The notes under the pieces: generated by a model
What the model saw: the letters and a program-made list of their open reading frames with translations, nothing else
Told to the model about the DNA's origin: nothing
Database searches by the model: none
Shown: piece after piece, positions 18,519 through 28,369 of the stretch
Position numbering within the stretch: position 1 is the first letter of the stretch
How the letters are laid out: the number at the start of each line of letters is the position of its first letter
NCBI GenBank assembly: GCA_026396095.1
Contig: JAPLXK010000003.1
Location: forward strand, 12,727 to 76,726
Reading direction: 5' to 3'
Length of the DNA stretch: 64,000 nt
Source: Candidatus Nealsonbacteria bacterium
Lineage (GTDB): Bacteria; Patescibacteriota; Minisyncoccia; Minisyncoccales; RBG-13-42-11
Translations under genes and position numbers: made by a program

Positions 18519-19442
18519 TCAAAATCCAGTTGCGATTACGGTTACTTTTATTTCTCCTTTTTGAAGTTTTTCATCTTGAACCGCCCCAAAGATTACTTTT
18601 GCTCCGGGATTAATCTCTCGGGTAATAACTTTGGCTACCTCGTCTATTTCGGAAAGGCTGATATCTTTTCCTCCGGAAATGTTAAATAATAACCCTTTTG
18701 CCCCTTTGGGTGAAACATCCAGCAGGGGAGAGTTTATGGCTGCAAGGGCAGCCCTTTCAGCTCTTTTTTCTCCCTGAGCCTTCCCTACTCCAAAAAGTGC
18801 TGAACCGGCATTGGCCATTATCGCCTTAACGTCAGCGAAATCAACATTAATGATTCCCGGTAAAAGTATCAAGTCGGAAATTCCCTGTACCGCCTGGCGC
18901 AAAACATCATCACAAGCCCAAAAAGCATCTAAAAGGGAAATGCTGGGATCCAAAGTGGAAAGAAGCTTATTATTGGAAATAGAAATCAAGGTATCAACTT
19001 TTTCTTTAAGCTTTTTGTAAGCGTCGACGGCAATTTTTTCCCTTACTCGGCCCTCAAAAGAAAAAGGTGTGGTAATAACGGCTAGTGTAAGAATACCCAA
19101 TTCTTTGGCTATTTCGGCAATTACCGGAACCGCGCCAGACCCCGTTCCTCCGCCCAGTCCGCAGGTAATAAAAACCATATCCGCTCCTTTTAGGGCGTCT
19201 ATTATCTCTTGCCTGTTTTCTATGGCAGACTTTCTCCCCGTTTCCGGATCCATTCCCGAACCCAGTCCCTGAGTGGTTTTTTTCCCTATTCTAATCTTTA
19301 GGTCCGCCCTGGCCTTGGCTAGATCCTGAGCGTCGGTATTAACGACAATCAGCTCCACTCCCTTAATTTTGCTTCTTGCCATCCGGTTAACCGCATTTGA
19401 TCCAGACCCCCCCACTCCGATAACTTTGATTTTTGTTTCCAT
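18519..19442 (-). CDS. ftsZ: cell division protein FtsZ, lacking the C-terminal tail
   Basis: GGGTGSG, NVDFAD; ends at VIATGF*. Confidence 0.95.
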   Translation of the reverse strand: METKIKVIGVGGSGSNAVNRMARSKIKGVELIVVNTDAQDLAKARADLKIRIGKKTTQGLGSGMDPETGRKSAIENRQEIIDALKGADMVFITCGLGGGTGSGAVPVIAEIAKELGILTLAVITTPFSFEGRVREKIAVDAYKKLKEKVDTLISISNNKLLSTLDPSISLLDAFWACDDVLRQAVQGISDLILLPGIINVDFADVKAIMANAGSALFGVGKAQGEKRAERAALAAINSPLLDVSPKGAKGLLFNISGGKDISLSEIDEVAKVITREINPGAKVIFGAVQDEKLQKGEIKVTVIATGF

Positions 19443-19445
19443 ATT

Positions 19446-20648
19446 TTAGGGTATAAAAATTTGAAATACCTTTTTTATCCTTTCCATCATTTTTCCCTGA
19501 TCTTTTTTGCCAGAACCGAAATCTTCCGACCCTTTTAAGACCAGGCCACAGGCAGTGGCAAAGATTAAGCCGTCTTCCAAGCCAGAAAAACCAGAAGGCT
19601 TCCAGGTCCGGCAAGAAAGCTTTAATTCTTTTTTAGCCAAATCAACTATTTTAGGAAGGCTTGCCCCGCCACCGGTTAAAACTATTCCTGCAGGCAACTT
19701 CCCCTGCTTTCCGATTTTTTTCAATTCCTTATTTACTTCTCCAAAAATTTCGGAAACCCTGGCTTCTATTATTCCTGCAACCATTTTCGGGGAAAAGATT
19801 AAAATTTCTCCGTCTTCCAGTTCTATCTTTTCCTTTTTGCCATTTCCCTTGAAAATACAACTTCCAGACCTTATTTTTATCAATTCGGCAACGTCAATGT
19901 CGGTTTTGAGGATAATTGCAATATCATTGGTTATGTTTGCCGAACCTATCGGGAAAACAGCCAGATGGATCAAGTTTCCTTCTTCAAAAACAGCTAATTC
20001 GGAAGTGCCTGCGCCGATATTCAAAACAGCCACTCCCAATTCTTTTTGCTTTTGGTTGAGCGCGGCGTTGGAAACAGCCAAAACAGAAGGAAGCATGTCG
20101 GAAACCTTAAGGTCGGCATTAAAAACAGCCTGGGTCAAATTGTTTTTATAAGGAGCAAAGCATCCTATGATAAGAACTTTTACTTCCAGCCTTCCCCCTT
20201 GCATTCCTTCAACTTCTTTTATCCCTCCCTTTCCGTCGATGATAAATTCTTTTGGAATGATTTCTAAAATTTCTTCATTTGATGATAAAGAAATGGTTTT
20301 AGCCGCCTCTAATACCCTGTCCACGTCCTCCTTGGAAACTTTTCGGTCTGCCCGGGAAACAGCCACCACGCCTTCGGAATTGTTGCAAAAAATATGGCCA
20401 CCTCCGATATTAACATAAACCGAGTCTATTCTCTGGCCGCTTTCTATTCTGACTTTATTAATAAGAATCTGGATGATCTGGGAGACCTTTTCTACATCAA
20501 CAACCACGCCCCTCCTTATCCCGGAAGAAAGCTCCTGAGCCTGGTAAATCACCTTCATTTCGCTGTTGTCTTTCTTTTTTTCCGCTAATAATATTTTTAT
20601 ATTGCTTGTTCCTATGTCTAGGCCTGCAATAATTTTTGACTTGGCCAT
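19446..20648 (-). CDS. ftsA: cell division protein FtsA
   Basis: GLDIGT, IGAGTS, VLTGGG, C-terminal amphipathic helix. Confidence 0.93.
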   Translation of the reverse strand: MAKSKIIAGLDIGTSNIKILLAEKKKDNSEMKVIYQAQELSSGIRRGVVVDVEKVSQIIQILINKVRIESGQRIDSVYVNIGGGHIFCNNSEGVVAVSRADRKVSKEDVDRVLEAAKTISLSSNEEILEIIPKEFIIDGKGGIKEVEGMQGGRLEVKVLIIGCFAPYKNNLTQAVFNADLKVSDMLPSVLAVSNAALNQKQKELGVAVLNIGAGTSELAVFEEGNLIHLAVFPIGSANITNDIAIILKTDIDVAELIKIRSGSCIFKGNGKKEKIELEDGEILIFSPKMVAGIIEARVSEIFGEVNKELKKIGKQGKLPAGIVLTGGGASLPKIVDLAKKELKLSCRTWKPSGFSGLEDGLIFATACGLVLKGSEDFGSGKKDQGKMMERIKKVFQIFIP

Positions 20649-20675
20649 AAAGTTAGAGCCTTGTATCTTAAAAAA

Positions 20676-21077
20676 CTAAATATTTAAATAATATTCTTCT
20701 TTCTTCTTCATTTTCTCTTCTTCTTTATCTTTCTCGTGGTCATATCCCAAAAGATGCAAAACTCCGTGTATTAAAACTCTGGATAATTCCTTTTTGAAAT
20801 TTGAATTGAATTTTTTAGTGTTTTTTTTGACCTCAACTGGGCAAATAATTATTTCCCCCCAGTTTTCTTTGTCTTGAAAAGACAAGACATCTGTCGGCCG
20901 ATTTTTCTTCCTGTATCTTTTATTTAACTCTTTTATCCTTAAGGGCACAACTAGGGCGATAGACAAATCCTTTTTTTCAAAACAATTGCTTGATTCTTTT
21001 TTTAATATTTTAAACGCCAATTCCCTTAAAAATTTCTTGTCAATGGAATAATCGGTTAAATTATTAACTTCTATCAT
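20676..21077 (-). CDS. ybeY: rRNA maturation RNase YbeY
   Basis: PTDVLSF, HGVLHLLGYDH. Confidence 0.95.
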   Translation of the reverse strand: MIEVNNLTDYSIDKKFLRELAFKILKKESSNCFEKKDLSIALVVPLRIKELNKRYRKKNRPTDVLSFQDKENWGEIIICPVEVKKNTKKFNSNFKKELSRVLIHGVLHLLGYDHEKDKEEEKMKKKEEYYLNI

Positions 21078-21577
21078 GATTTGACTGCTATTGATTCTTT
21101 TACGATTTTACTGACCAGGCTCCCGTCCGCCCTGCCTTTTGTTTTGGGCATTAATTCCGCCATTACTTTTCCCATGTCTTTTTGCTCTTTAGCGCCGGTC
21201 TTTTCAACCGCCTCCTTTACCAGACTCCTGATCTCTTCTTCGCTGAGCTGCTTGGGCAGATATGTCTCTATAATCGCAAGCTCTTTTTTTTCTTTTTCCA
21301 CCAGATCATTTCTTCCTCCTTTTCCGAACTCTGAGATAGACTCTCTTCTTTTTTTAGCTTCATAGGAAACAACTTCCAAAACCTCTTCTTCGGTCAAAAG
21401 GCTTTCTTTTTCCAGTTCTTTGCCCGAAAGATCGGGCTTTTCCTTGCTTTTTTTAAATCTTTTATCCTTCTCTTTATTCAAAACCGTAGCTAAAATCTGC
21501 CTTAAAACCAAGACTTCCGTATCCTTCTTTCCCTTTACCGAAGCGTTAAGATTTTGAAGGATTTTTTCTTTCAGCAT
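21074..21577 (-). CDS. GatB/YqeY domain protein
   Basis: YLPKQLS, DMGKVM, GRADG. Confidence 0.9.
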   Translation of the reverse strand: MLKEKILQNLNASVKGKKDTEVLVLRQILATVLNKEKDKRFKKSKEKPDLSGKELEKESLLTEEEVLEVVSYEAKKRRESISEFGKGGRNDLVEKEKKELAIIETYLPKQLSEEEIRSLVKEAVEKTGAKEQKDMGKVMAELMPKTKGRADGSLVSKIVKESIAVKS

Positions 21578-21583
21578 GAATGA

Positions 21584-21808
21584 TTATTTTTTATCGGTTA
21601 ATCCTAATTTTTTCAGACGCTGGTATTCCTTTCTCAGTTGCTCGCGCCTTAAAGCCGCTCTTTTTTTCATCTGCGGGCTTTTTGAGCGTTTGTGATAGCG
21701 GTTTTCTCTTGCCTGTCGCAAAACTCCGCTTTTCTGGACTCTTTTTGTAAAGCGGCGAATCAAGCTTTGAGAAGTTTCCCTTTCTTGTTTTTTCGCTTCT
21801 ATGACCAT
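21584..21808 (-). CDS. rpsU: 30S ribosomal protein S21
   Basis: Basic 74-aa protein with LIRRFTKRVQKSGVL; lies upstream of yqeY. Confidence 0.8.
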   Translation of the reverse strand: MVIEAKKQERETSQSLIRRFTKRVQKSGVLRQARENRYHKRSKSPQMKKRAALRREQLRKEYQRLKKLGLTDKK

Positions 21809-22134
21809 AATAATTTTTTTCCTCCTAATAAGTGTAAGTGTAAATGGTCGACCATTTGACCGGAATCTTTTCCTACGTTAAAAACCAATCTGTATCCATT
21901 ATCGGCTATTCCTTGGGTCTTGGCTATTTTTTTTGCAGCCAAAAATAATTCTCCCATCAATTCCTTATCCTGCAATTCCAAATGATTAATTGAGGTAATG
22001 TGTTTTTTAGGAATAATCAAATAATGAATCGGGGCTATCGGATTAATATCTTTAAAGGCGACAAAGCTTTCGTCTTCGTAAATAATTGTCGCAGGAAGCT
22101 CCTTTTTCGCTATTTGGCAAAAAATACAGTTCAT
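21799..22134 (-). CDS. HIT family nucleotide-binding protein
   Basis: CIFC, HLHLHLLGG. Confidence 0.93.
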   Translation of the reverse strand: MNCIFCQIAKKELPATIIYEDESFVAFKDINPIAPIHYLIIPKKHITSINHLELQDKELMGELFLAAKKIAKTQGIADNGYRLVFNVGKDSGQMVDHLHLHLLGGKKLLWS

Positions 22135-23432
22135 TTCTTTAATCGCTTTTGTATTTCCTTAACCGCTGATTCGATTTTCACCGTTTCCTGCTTTCCGTTT
22201 TCCATATCCCTTATTATCACAGATCCTTCCAAGGCTTCCCTTTGTCCCAAGAGCAATGTATATTTTGCTTTCATCTTATCGGCCATTTTCAGCTGGGATT
22301 TTAAAGAATCCTTTCCGAAAGATTCTCCCACCTCTATTTTAGCTTTTCTGAATTCTTCCAAAAGCTTTAATCCTTTTCTTTTGGCCATGCTTCCGATCTG
22401 GGCCAAAAAAACCGAACGGTCATCCGATTTAATAATTTTTATATTCTTGTTTTTCATGGCAATAACCACCCTTTCTATCCCCATCGCTCCTCCTCCAGCG
22501 AAGGTATTTTCTCCGCCCAAAAGCTTTACCAAATTGTCATATCTTCCTCCTCCAACCAGGGCGCTTCTGGCAGCCGGCTTATCGTCTTCCGTTTTCTGAG
22601 TTTCATCTATAAAAATTTCAAAAACCGTTTTCGTATAATAGTCCAATCCTCTCACCAAGTAAGGATTCAGACGATAGGGCAATTCAATCTCATCAAGAAA
22701 CTCCAGGACTCCTTTGAAATGGCGATGGCAGTCTTCGCAAAGATGATCAATGATTTGAGGGGCCTGGCTCGTTATCTTCTGGCACTTTTCTTCTTTGCAA
22801 TCCAAAACCCTCAAAGGATTTTCCCTTAACCGGCGGCGGCAATCAGGACACAAAAGAGATTCTTTGTGCTTTAAAAAGCTTGTTAAAACTTTTTTGTAAT
22901 AAGCCCTGCACTGGGGATCTCCAATGCTGTTTACCTCCACGATTAAATTTTTCAATTTTAATTCGCTTAAGATGTTGTAAAAAATCTGGATAACCTGGGC
23001 ATCTATTACGGGATCTCCTTCTCCGATAACCTCTATGTTGAATTGATGGAACTGGCGATGACGTCCGGCTTGGGAATGCTCGTACCTGAACAAAGGGCCG
23101 AATGAATAAAACTTAACCGGCTGAGGAAGGTTTTTCATTCCGTGCTCAATATATGCCCTGATTACTCCCGGAGTGAATTCCGGACGCAGGCTTAAAAAAT
23201 CTCCTCCTTTGGTTTTAAGATTGTACATCTGCTTTTGGACGATATCCGTCAGCAGCCCGGTTCCTTTGGAAAAAAGCTCTGTTTCCTCCAAGATGGGAGT
23301 GTCTATTTTTTTAAATCCGTAAAAATCGACAACATTTTCGGCAATGTCTAAAATCTTTTGAAAATATTTCTGTTCTTCCGGCAAAACATCCCTCATTCCG
23401 CTTGCTCTTTGGATTTTAGGTTTTTTACTCAT
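22131..23432 (-). CDS. hisS: histidine--tRNA ligase
   Basis: LRPEFT, LVRGLDYY, GGGRYD. Confidence 0.96.
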   Translation of the reverse strand: MSKKPKIQRASGMRDVLPEEQKYFQKILDIAENVVDFYGFKKIDTPILEETELFSKGTGLLTDIVQKQMYNLKTKGGDFLSLRPEFTPGVIRAYIEHGMKNLPQPVKFYSFGPLFRYEHSQAGRHRQFHQFNIEVIGEGDPVIDAQVIQIFYNILSELKLKNLIVEVNSIGDPQCRAYYKKVLTSFLKHKESLLCPDCRRRLRENPLRVLDCKEEKCQKITSQAPQIIDHLCEDCHRHFKGVLEFLDEIELPYRLNPYLVRGLDYYTKTVFEIFIDETQKTEDDKPAARSALVGGGRYDNLVKLLGGENTFAGGGAMGIERVVIAMKNKNIKIIKSDDRSVFLAQIGSMAKRKGLKLLEEFRKAKIEVGESFGKDSLKSQLKMADKMKAKYTLLLGQREALEGSVIIRDMENGKQETVKIESAVKEIQKRLKK

Positions 23433-23973
23433 AAACAGGTGCTCCGAATTTTGTTAAAGTGGCCAGTGGCCAAACCCGAAAAAATACCCTGCCGATAATA
23501 TCTTCCCTGGGAACAGGACCCCAGCGCCGGGAATCGGAAGAAGCCACCCTGTTGTCTCCCAATACAAAATATTCGTTTTCTTTCAGGGTAATCTTTACGT
23601 CTCCAAGGGTTAAAACCCCCTGGGGGATATAATTTTCTTCTTTCAGAACTTTTTCTCCGTCTTTATTAAAAATATCTACCTTTCCGTCTTTTGTCTCTAC
23701 CGTCTCTCCCGGCAGCCCGATAATTCTTTTGATATAGCGCTGGGAGACATCATTGGGATATTTAAAAACCACTACCTCTCCCCTCTGAGGTTCTTTAAGT
23801 CTGTAAGAAAGCTCGTCTACAAAAAGGTAATCGCCGTTTTCAAAATTTGGCTCCATTGACTGGCCCTTTACAAAAAAGGGCTGAAAAATAAAAAGACGGA
23901 TAGGTGCGACTATCAAGCAGGCAAGTATGACTATCTTAATAACTTCCCAAACATAAATAAAGAAATTTTTCAT
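23425..23973 (-). CDS. lepB: signal peptidase I
   Basis: SMEP, YIKRIIGLPGE, GDNR..S.DSR. Confidence 0.95.
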   Translation of the reverse strand: MKNFFIYVWEVIKIVILACLIVAPIRLFIFQPFFVKGQSMEPNFENGDYLFVDELSYRLKEPQRGEVVVFKYPNDVSQRYIKRIIGLPGETVETKDGKVDIFNKDGEKVLKEENYIPQGVLTLGDVKITLKENEYFVLGDNRVASSDSRRWGPVPREDIIGRVFFRVWPLATLTKFGAPVYE

Positions 23974-24118
23974 AATGTAATCATTATACTAGTTTTCCTT
24001 TTAAAATCAAGAATTTAAACCGCTTAAAAAAGTAGCGTTCTGAAACGAGCCAGCTCCTTTCCGCTCGGCAAACATTGATAATTTTTCTTAAAATCTTTCC
24101 CTGTGATATACTAAATCA

Positions 24119-24715
24119 ATGATTTTAATTGTCGGACTGGGAAATCCTGGTGAAAAATACGAAAACACCCGCCACAACGTCGGATTTATGGTTGTTGAAC
24201 AATTAAGAAAAGATCTAAACCTTGCTGATTTTGATTTCGACAAAAAAAGCAATTCTTTTTTTTCAAAAAATATTGATCAACTCATTATTAAGCTCGATGC
24301 CTCCAGGAAGATCGATCTTTTCATTGTTAAGCCCGATACTTTTATGAATCTATCCGGACAAGCAGTATCTTCTTTGATCAACTTTTATAAAATAAATGAG
24401 GCAAATAAAATAATCATACACGATGATATCGACCTGCTTATCGGACAAATAAAGATTTCAAAAGACCGAGGATCTGCCGGACACAAAGGAGTGGAGTCTA
24501 TTATTAAAAATCTCGGAACCAAAAATTTTATCAGAATCAGAATAGGGATCAAGCCGAAATCAGGAAAGCCAAAAAAAACTGAAGATTTTGTCCTTAAAAA
24601 ATTCAGCAAAGAAGAAAAAGAGGTCATCAACGAGATTATTTTAAAATCCGTTGAGGCGATAAGGGCGATAATAAAAGACGGGCCGGAGAAAGCAATGAGT
24701 ATTTTTAACAATTAA
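24119..24715 (+). CDS. pth: peptidyl-tRNA hydrolase
   Basis: VGLGNPG, TRHNVG, HDD, GHKG. Confidence 0.96.
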   Translation: MILIVGLGNPGEKYENTRHNVGFMVVEQLRKDLNLADFDFDKKSNSFFSKNIDQLIIKLDASRKIDLFIVKPDTFMNLSGQAVSSLINFYKINEANKIIIHDDIDLLIGQIKISKDRGSAGHKGVESIIKNLGTKNFIRIRIGIKPKSGKPKKTEDFVLKKFSKEEKEVINEIILKSVEAIRAIIKDGPEKAMSIFNN

Positions 24716-24885
24716 AAAACCGAGTCTTTCGGCTCCGGGTTTTCGCTCTCCATCCTACCTGCGAAAGGAAGAATTAAACAAGAAAACCTGTAAACTCTAA
24801 CGTTAGGCCGTCCGGACTAATGGAGGGATTGTCCGGATTATGCCGCTCGCAGGTAGGACGGAAAACAAAAACTACTTTATCGGAT
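24714..24885 (-). ncRNA. unidentified structured ncRNA
   Basis: 27-bp helix (24846-24872 with 24739-24765, five G-U pairs, no mismatch on the minus strand), inner hairpins, promoter and terminator. Confidence 0.7.
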
Positions 24886-24891
24886 ATTCAT

Positions 24892-24920
24892 ATTATAATA
24901 TCTAATTTAAAAATTGTCAA
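24892..24920 (-). promoter_or_regulatory. consensus sigma70 promoter
   Basis: TTGACA-17 nt-TATAAT, perfect consensus. Confidence 0.85.
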
Positions 24921-24926
24921 GTATTT

Positions 24927-25586
24927 ATGGAAGATGTCAAAATAGTTGATATCAGAAGCAAGAGCTACCCATCGCTTTTAAAAAATATTACTAACCCGCC
25001 AAAAGTCCTTTATGTCAGAGGGGAAATCTATCCAGAGGAAAATTGTTTTGCTGTCGTCGGCTCCAGGGAATGCTCTTTTTACGGAAAACAGGTTGCAAAT
25101 GAAATTAGCGGAGATTTGTCAGAATCCGGACTGATAATAGTGAGCGGATTGGCGTCGGGTATTGATGCTGTGGCACATCGGGCAGCTGTAAAGAATAAAA
25201 AAAGAACGATCGGCGTACTAGGAACAGGGGTAGACGATGAGTCTTTCTATCCTAAGGAAAATCTGAGTCTGGCAAGGGAGGTTATAGGAAACAACGGCTG
25301 CTTGATTTCCGAGTATCCGCCCGGAACCAGGGGATCTAAATTTTCTTTTCCCCAAAGAAACAGAATTATCACAGGATTATCTTTAGGAATCTTGGTGGTA
25401 GAGGCAAAAGAAAAATCAGGGTCTTTGATTGCCGCGCAATGGGCAAAAAAACAAGAAAGAAAAATTTTCAGCGTCCCGGGAAGTGTTTATTTTCCCAATT
25501 CCAAGGGAACTAATTTTTTAATAAAAAACGGGGCTATATTAACAGAAAACGCAAAAGATATTTTAAAAGAATTAAAAATGGTCTGA
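24927..25586 (+). CDS. dprA: DNA-processing protein DprA (Rossmann core only)
   Basis: AVVGSR, VSGLASGID, FPQRNRII; upstream of topA. Confidence 0.93.
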   Translation: MEDVKIVDIRSKSYPSLLKNITNPPKVLYVRGEIYPEENCFAVVGSRECSFYGKQVANEISGDLSESGLIIVSGLASGIDAVAHRAAVKNKKRTIGVLGTGVDDESFYPKENLSLAREVIGNNGCLISEYPPGTRGSKFSFPQRNRIITGLSLGILVVEAKEKSGSLIAAQWAKKQERKIFSVPGSVYFPNSKGTNFLIKNGAILTENAKDILKELKMV

Positions 25587-25675
25587 TTGATTTTTTAAAA
25601 AACATTGCCAATCTCTTGCCAACTTATAAATACAATGTAAAGTAAGAAGCTTGAAGGGCAATATATAACAATTCA

Positions 25676-27763
25676 ATGAATTTAATAATTGTAGAAAGTC
25701 CTACGAAAGCCAATACCATCGCTAAATTCTTAGGCCCGAAATACAGGGTTCTTTCTTCTTATGGGCACGTTCGCGATTTACCGAAAAGCGAGCTCGGCGT
25801 TGATGTTGAAAAAAATTTTCAGCCCAAGTACATTGTCCCCACCAAATCAAAAAAGATAATCAACTTGTTAAAAAAAGAATTACTAAAGGCTGATGAAATA
25901 ATTCTTGCTACCGATGAAGACCGCGAAGGAGAGGCTATTTCATGGCACCTAGCCAGTATTCTGGGTTTAAACGGAGAAAAAAAATACCAAAGAATTGTTT
26001 TTCATGAAATCACCAAGCAAGCGATTGAAGAGGCTCTGAAAAATCCGAGAAAAATTGATTTAAATTTAGTGGATGCCCAGCAGGCACGAAGAGTTTTAGA
26101 CAGAATCGTGGGATACAAATTATCTCCTTTTTTATGGAAAAAAGTTGCCCGGGGACTTTCGGCCGGAAGGGTCCAGTCCGTAGCCGTGGTGCTGGTGGTA
26201 GAGCGTGAAAGAGAAATTGAAAAATTCATTCCCCAGGAATACTGGTCCATCGAGGCAAGCCTCAGAAAGGAAAAAAACAAAAAAGAATTCATAGCTTCTT
26301 TGGTCAAGAAAGATGATAAGCCCATAGATAAGCTGGAAATTAAAAATAAAGAAGAAGCTGATAAAATTATTAACGACTTAACTGGGGCCGAATACAAGGT
26401 CTCAAATATTGAAAAAAAAGAAGTAAAAAGAAACCCCCTTCCCCCCTTTACAACCAGCACCTTACAGCAGGCGGCTTGGCAGAAATTCAAGTTCTCAGCC
26501 AAATTTACAATGCAATTGGCCCAGCGACTCTACGAGAGCGGGTCAATAACCTACCACAGAACCGATTCTTTGAATCTTTCAGATATTTCCCTTTTTGCAG
26601 CTAAAAATTTCATTGAAGAAAATTACGGAGAAAAATATTGGGCAGGATATCTGAGAAGATTTAAAACAAAATCAAAGAGAGCACAGGAGGCACACGAAGC
26701 AATCCGCCCGTCTTATCCGGATAAGACTCCTTCTTCTCTTTTCGGGGATAAAAAGAAAGACAAGATGGCTGAAGCCCAGCTTAAGCTTTATAATTTAATC
26801 TGGAGCAGATTTATCGCCTGCCAGATGAATCAGGCTGTTTTCGACGCCACAACAATAGACATTGGGGCAAAAAATTATACCTTCCGGATAAATGGACAAG
26901 CTTTAAAATTCGACGGGTTCTTGAGGGTTTATCCCATTAAATTTAAAGAAGCCGAACTTCCTGTCCTGGAAAGGGAAGAGGTTTTGGAATTGATAGAATT
27001 ATTGCATTCCCAACATTTTACCCAACCGCCCGCAAGATATAATGAAGCAACCTTGATAAAAGCGCTTGAGGAAAACGGGATCGGAAGGCCGTCAACCTAT
27101 GCGCCAATTTTATCCAATATTCAGGACAAGAATTACATTGAAAAAAACGACCAAAAAAGATTCCGGCCGACAGAGATCGGAACGGTGGTTAGCGACATTC
27201 TGGTCGCTCATTTCCCCGAAATTGTTGATGTTAACTTTACCGCCGGAATGGAAGAAAACTTAGACCAGGTGGCTGAAGGAAAAAAAGAGTGGACAGGAGT
27301 TATCCGGGAGTTTTACCAGCCGTTTGCGGAAAATTTGGAAAAAAAATACAAAGAGGTTTTAAAAAAAGACGTTACCGAAACGCCGACAGAAAAAATCTGC
27401 CCGAAATGCAAAGCTCCTTTGTTGATAAGGCTGGGAAAATACGGAAAATTCTACGCCTGCTCGGCATTTCCCAAATGCCGCCACACCGAATCACTGGAAG
27501 AAAATGCCTTAAAGATAAAATGTCCTAAATGTAAAAATGGCAAATTGGTTGAAAAAAGAACGAAAAAAAGAAAAATATTCTACGGCTGCAATCAGTTCCC
27601 GAAATGTGATTTTGCCCTGTGGGACAAGCCCATAGAAAAATTCTGCCCTAAATGCAAATCAATTTTGGTAGAAACAAAAAGAGAGCAGGTAAAATGCTCA
27701 AATAAGGAGTGCGACTATAAGATTGAAAAGAAAAAAGTTTCTGATAAGATAAAATCGTCTTAA
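25676..27763 (+). CDS. topA: DNA topoisomerase I
   Basis: IVESPTKA, DEDREGE, SAGRVQS, ITYHRTD, C-terminal zinc ribbons. Confidence 0.97.
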   Translation: MNLIIVESPTKANTIAKFLGPKYRVLSSYGHVRDLPKSELGVDVEKNFQPKYIVPTKSKKIINLLKKELLKADEIILATDEDREGEAISWHLASILGLNGEKKYQRIVFHEITKQAIEEALKNPRKIDLNLVDAQQARRVLDRIVGYKLSPFLWKKVARGLSAGRVQSVAVVLVVEREREIEKFIPQEYWSIEASLRKEKNKKEFIASLVKKDDKPIDKLEIKNKEEADKIINDLTGAEYKVSNIEKKEVKRNPLPPFTTSTLQQAAWQKFKFSAKFTMQLAQRLYESGSITYHRTDSLNLSDISLFAAKNFIEENYGEKYWAGYLRRFKTKSKRAQEAHEAIRPSYPDKTPSSLFGDKKKDKMAEAQLKLYNLIWSRFIACQMNQAVFDATTIDIGAKNYTFRINGQALKFDGFLRVYPIKFKEAELPVLEREEVLELIELLHSQHFTQPPARYNEATLIKALEENGIGRPSTYAPILSNIQDKNYIEKNDQKRFRPTEIGTVVSDILVAHFPEIVDVNFTAGMEENLDQVAEGKKEWTGVIREFYQPFAENLEKKYKEVLKKDVTETPTEKICPKCKAPLLIRLGKYGKFYACSAFPKCRHTESLEENALKIKCPKCKNGKLVEKRTKKRKIFYGCNQFPKCDFALWDKPIEKFCPKCKSILVETKREQVKCSNKECDYKIEKKKVSDKIKSS

Positions 27764-27767
27764 TCCT

Positions 27768-27851
27768 GCCTGGGTGGCGGAATTGGTTTACGCGTACGAC
27801 TCAAAATCGTATGATCGCAAGGTCGTGTGGGTTCGACTCCCACCCCAGGCA
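27768..27851 (+). tRNA. tRNA-Leu(CAA)
   Basis: GCCTGGG/CCCAGGC acceptor stem, TACGA-CTCAAAA-TCGTA anticodon arm, long variable arm, GTTCGACTC; CCA not encoded. Confidence 0.96.
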
Positions 27852-27853
27852 CC

Positions 27854-28369
27854 CTAATTAAACGATTTAATTTTAGGAGAGATTTTGTTGATAAAATAAG
27901 CTGAAATAATTCCCACCAGAGCTCCGGCTAAAATATCAGAAGGCCAATGAATCCCGCCGTAAACCCGAGAAATAGAAACTAAAAAGCTGGCAATTAAGAA
28001 CAAGATGCCGGCTTTTTTGTTGTAGAAATAAACCATAGCAGAAAAGCCGAAAAAGAAAGCTGCGTGGCCGGATGGAAAAGAAGGGCTGGCCGAATGCTCT
28101 AAAAGAAGGTTGACGTTGTTTTCGACAAAGGGCCTTGGTCTTTCCCAAAAAAAACGGATCATTTCGGTAATTATAAAACGGGAAAAAAAAGCAGCTAATA
28201 GAGACTTGATTAAAATGGGCTTGTATTTTTTTGAATCTTTTAAGAAATATATAAAAAGAATAAGAACTAAAGCATAACCCAGGTATTCAGCAGAAAATAC
28301 CACTAAAGAATCAAGCAGGGGCCACTTCCCAACAAAACTGTTTAATTTTTGAAAAATTAAATAATCCAT
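27854..28369 (-). CDS. PAP2 family phosphatase (undecaprenyl-diphosphatase BcrC-like)
   Basis: RPRP, SFPSGH, SRVYGGIHWPSD. Confidence 0.9.
   Translation of the reverse strand: MDYLIFQKLNSFVGKWPLLDSLVVFSAEYLGYALVLILFIYFLKDSKKYKPILIKSLLAAFFSRFIITEMIRFFWERPRPFVENNVNLLLEHSASPSFPSGHAAFFFGFSAMVYFYNKKAGILFLIASFLVSISRVYGGIHWPSDILAGALVGIISAYFINKISPKIKSFN

Noticed and set aside
24714-24885. Retron msr-msd or SRP RNA reading of the structured RNA
   Set aside because: No reverse transcriptase is adjacent and the SRP helix-8 motif is missing; kept as unidentified.
27852-28369. Island integrated at tRNA-Leu
   Set aside because: No duplicated tRNA 3' end or integrase was seen; housekeeping genes follow directly.
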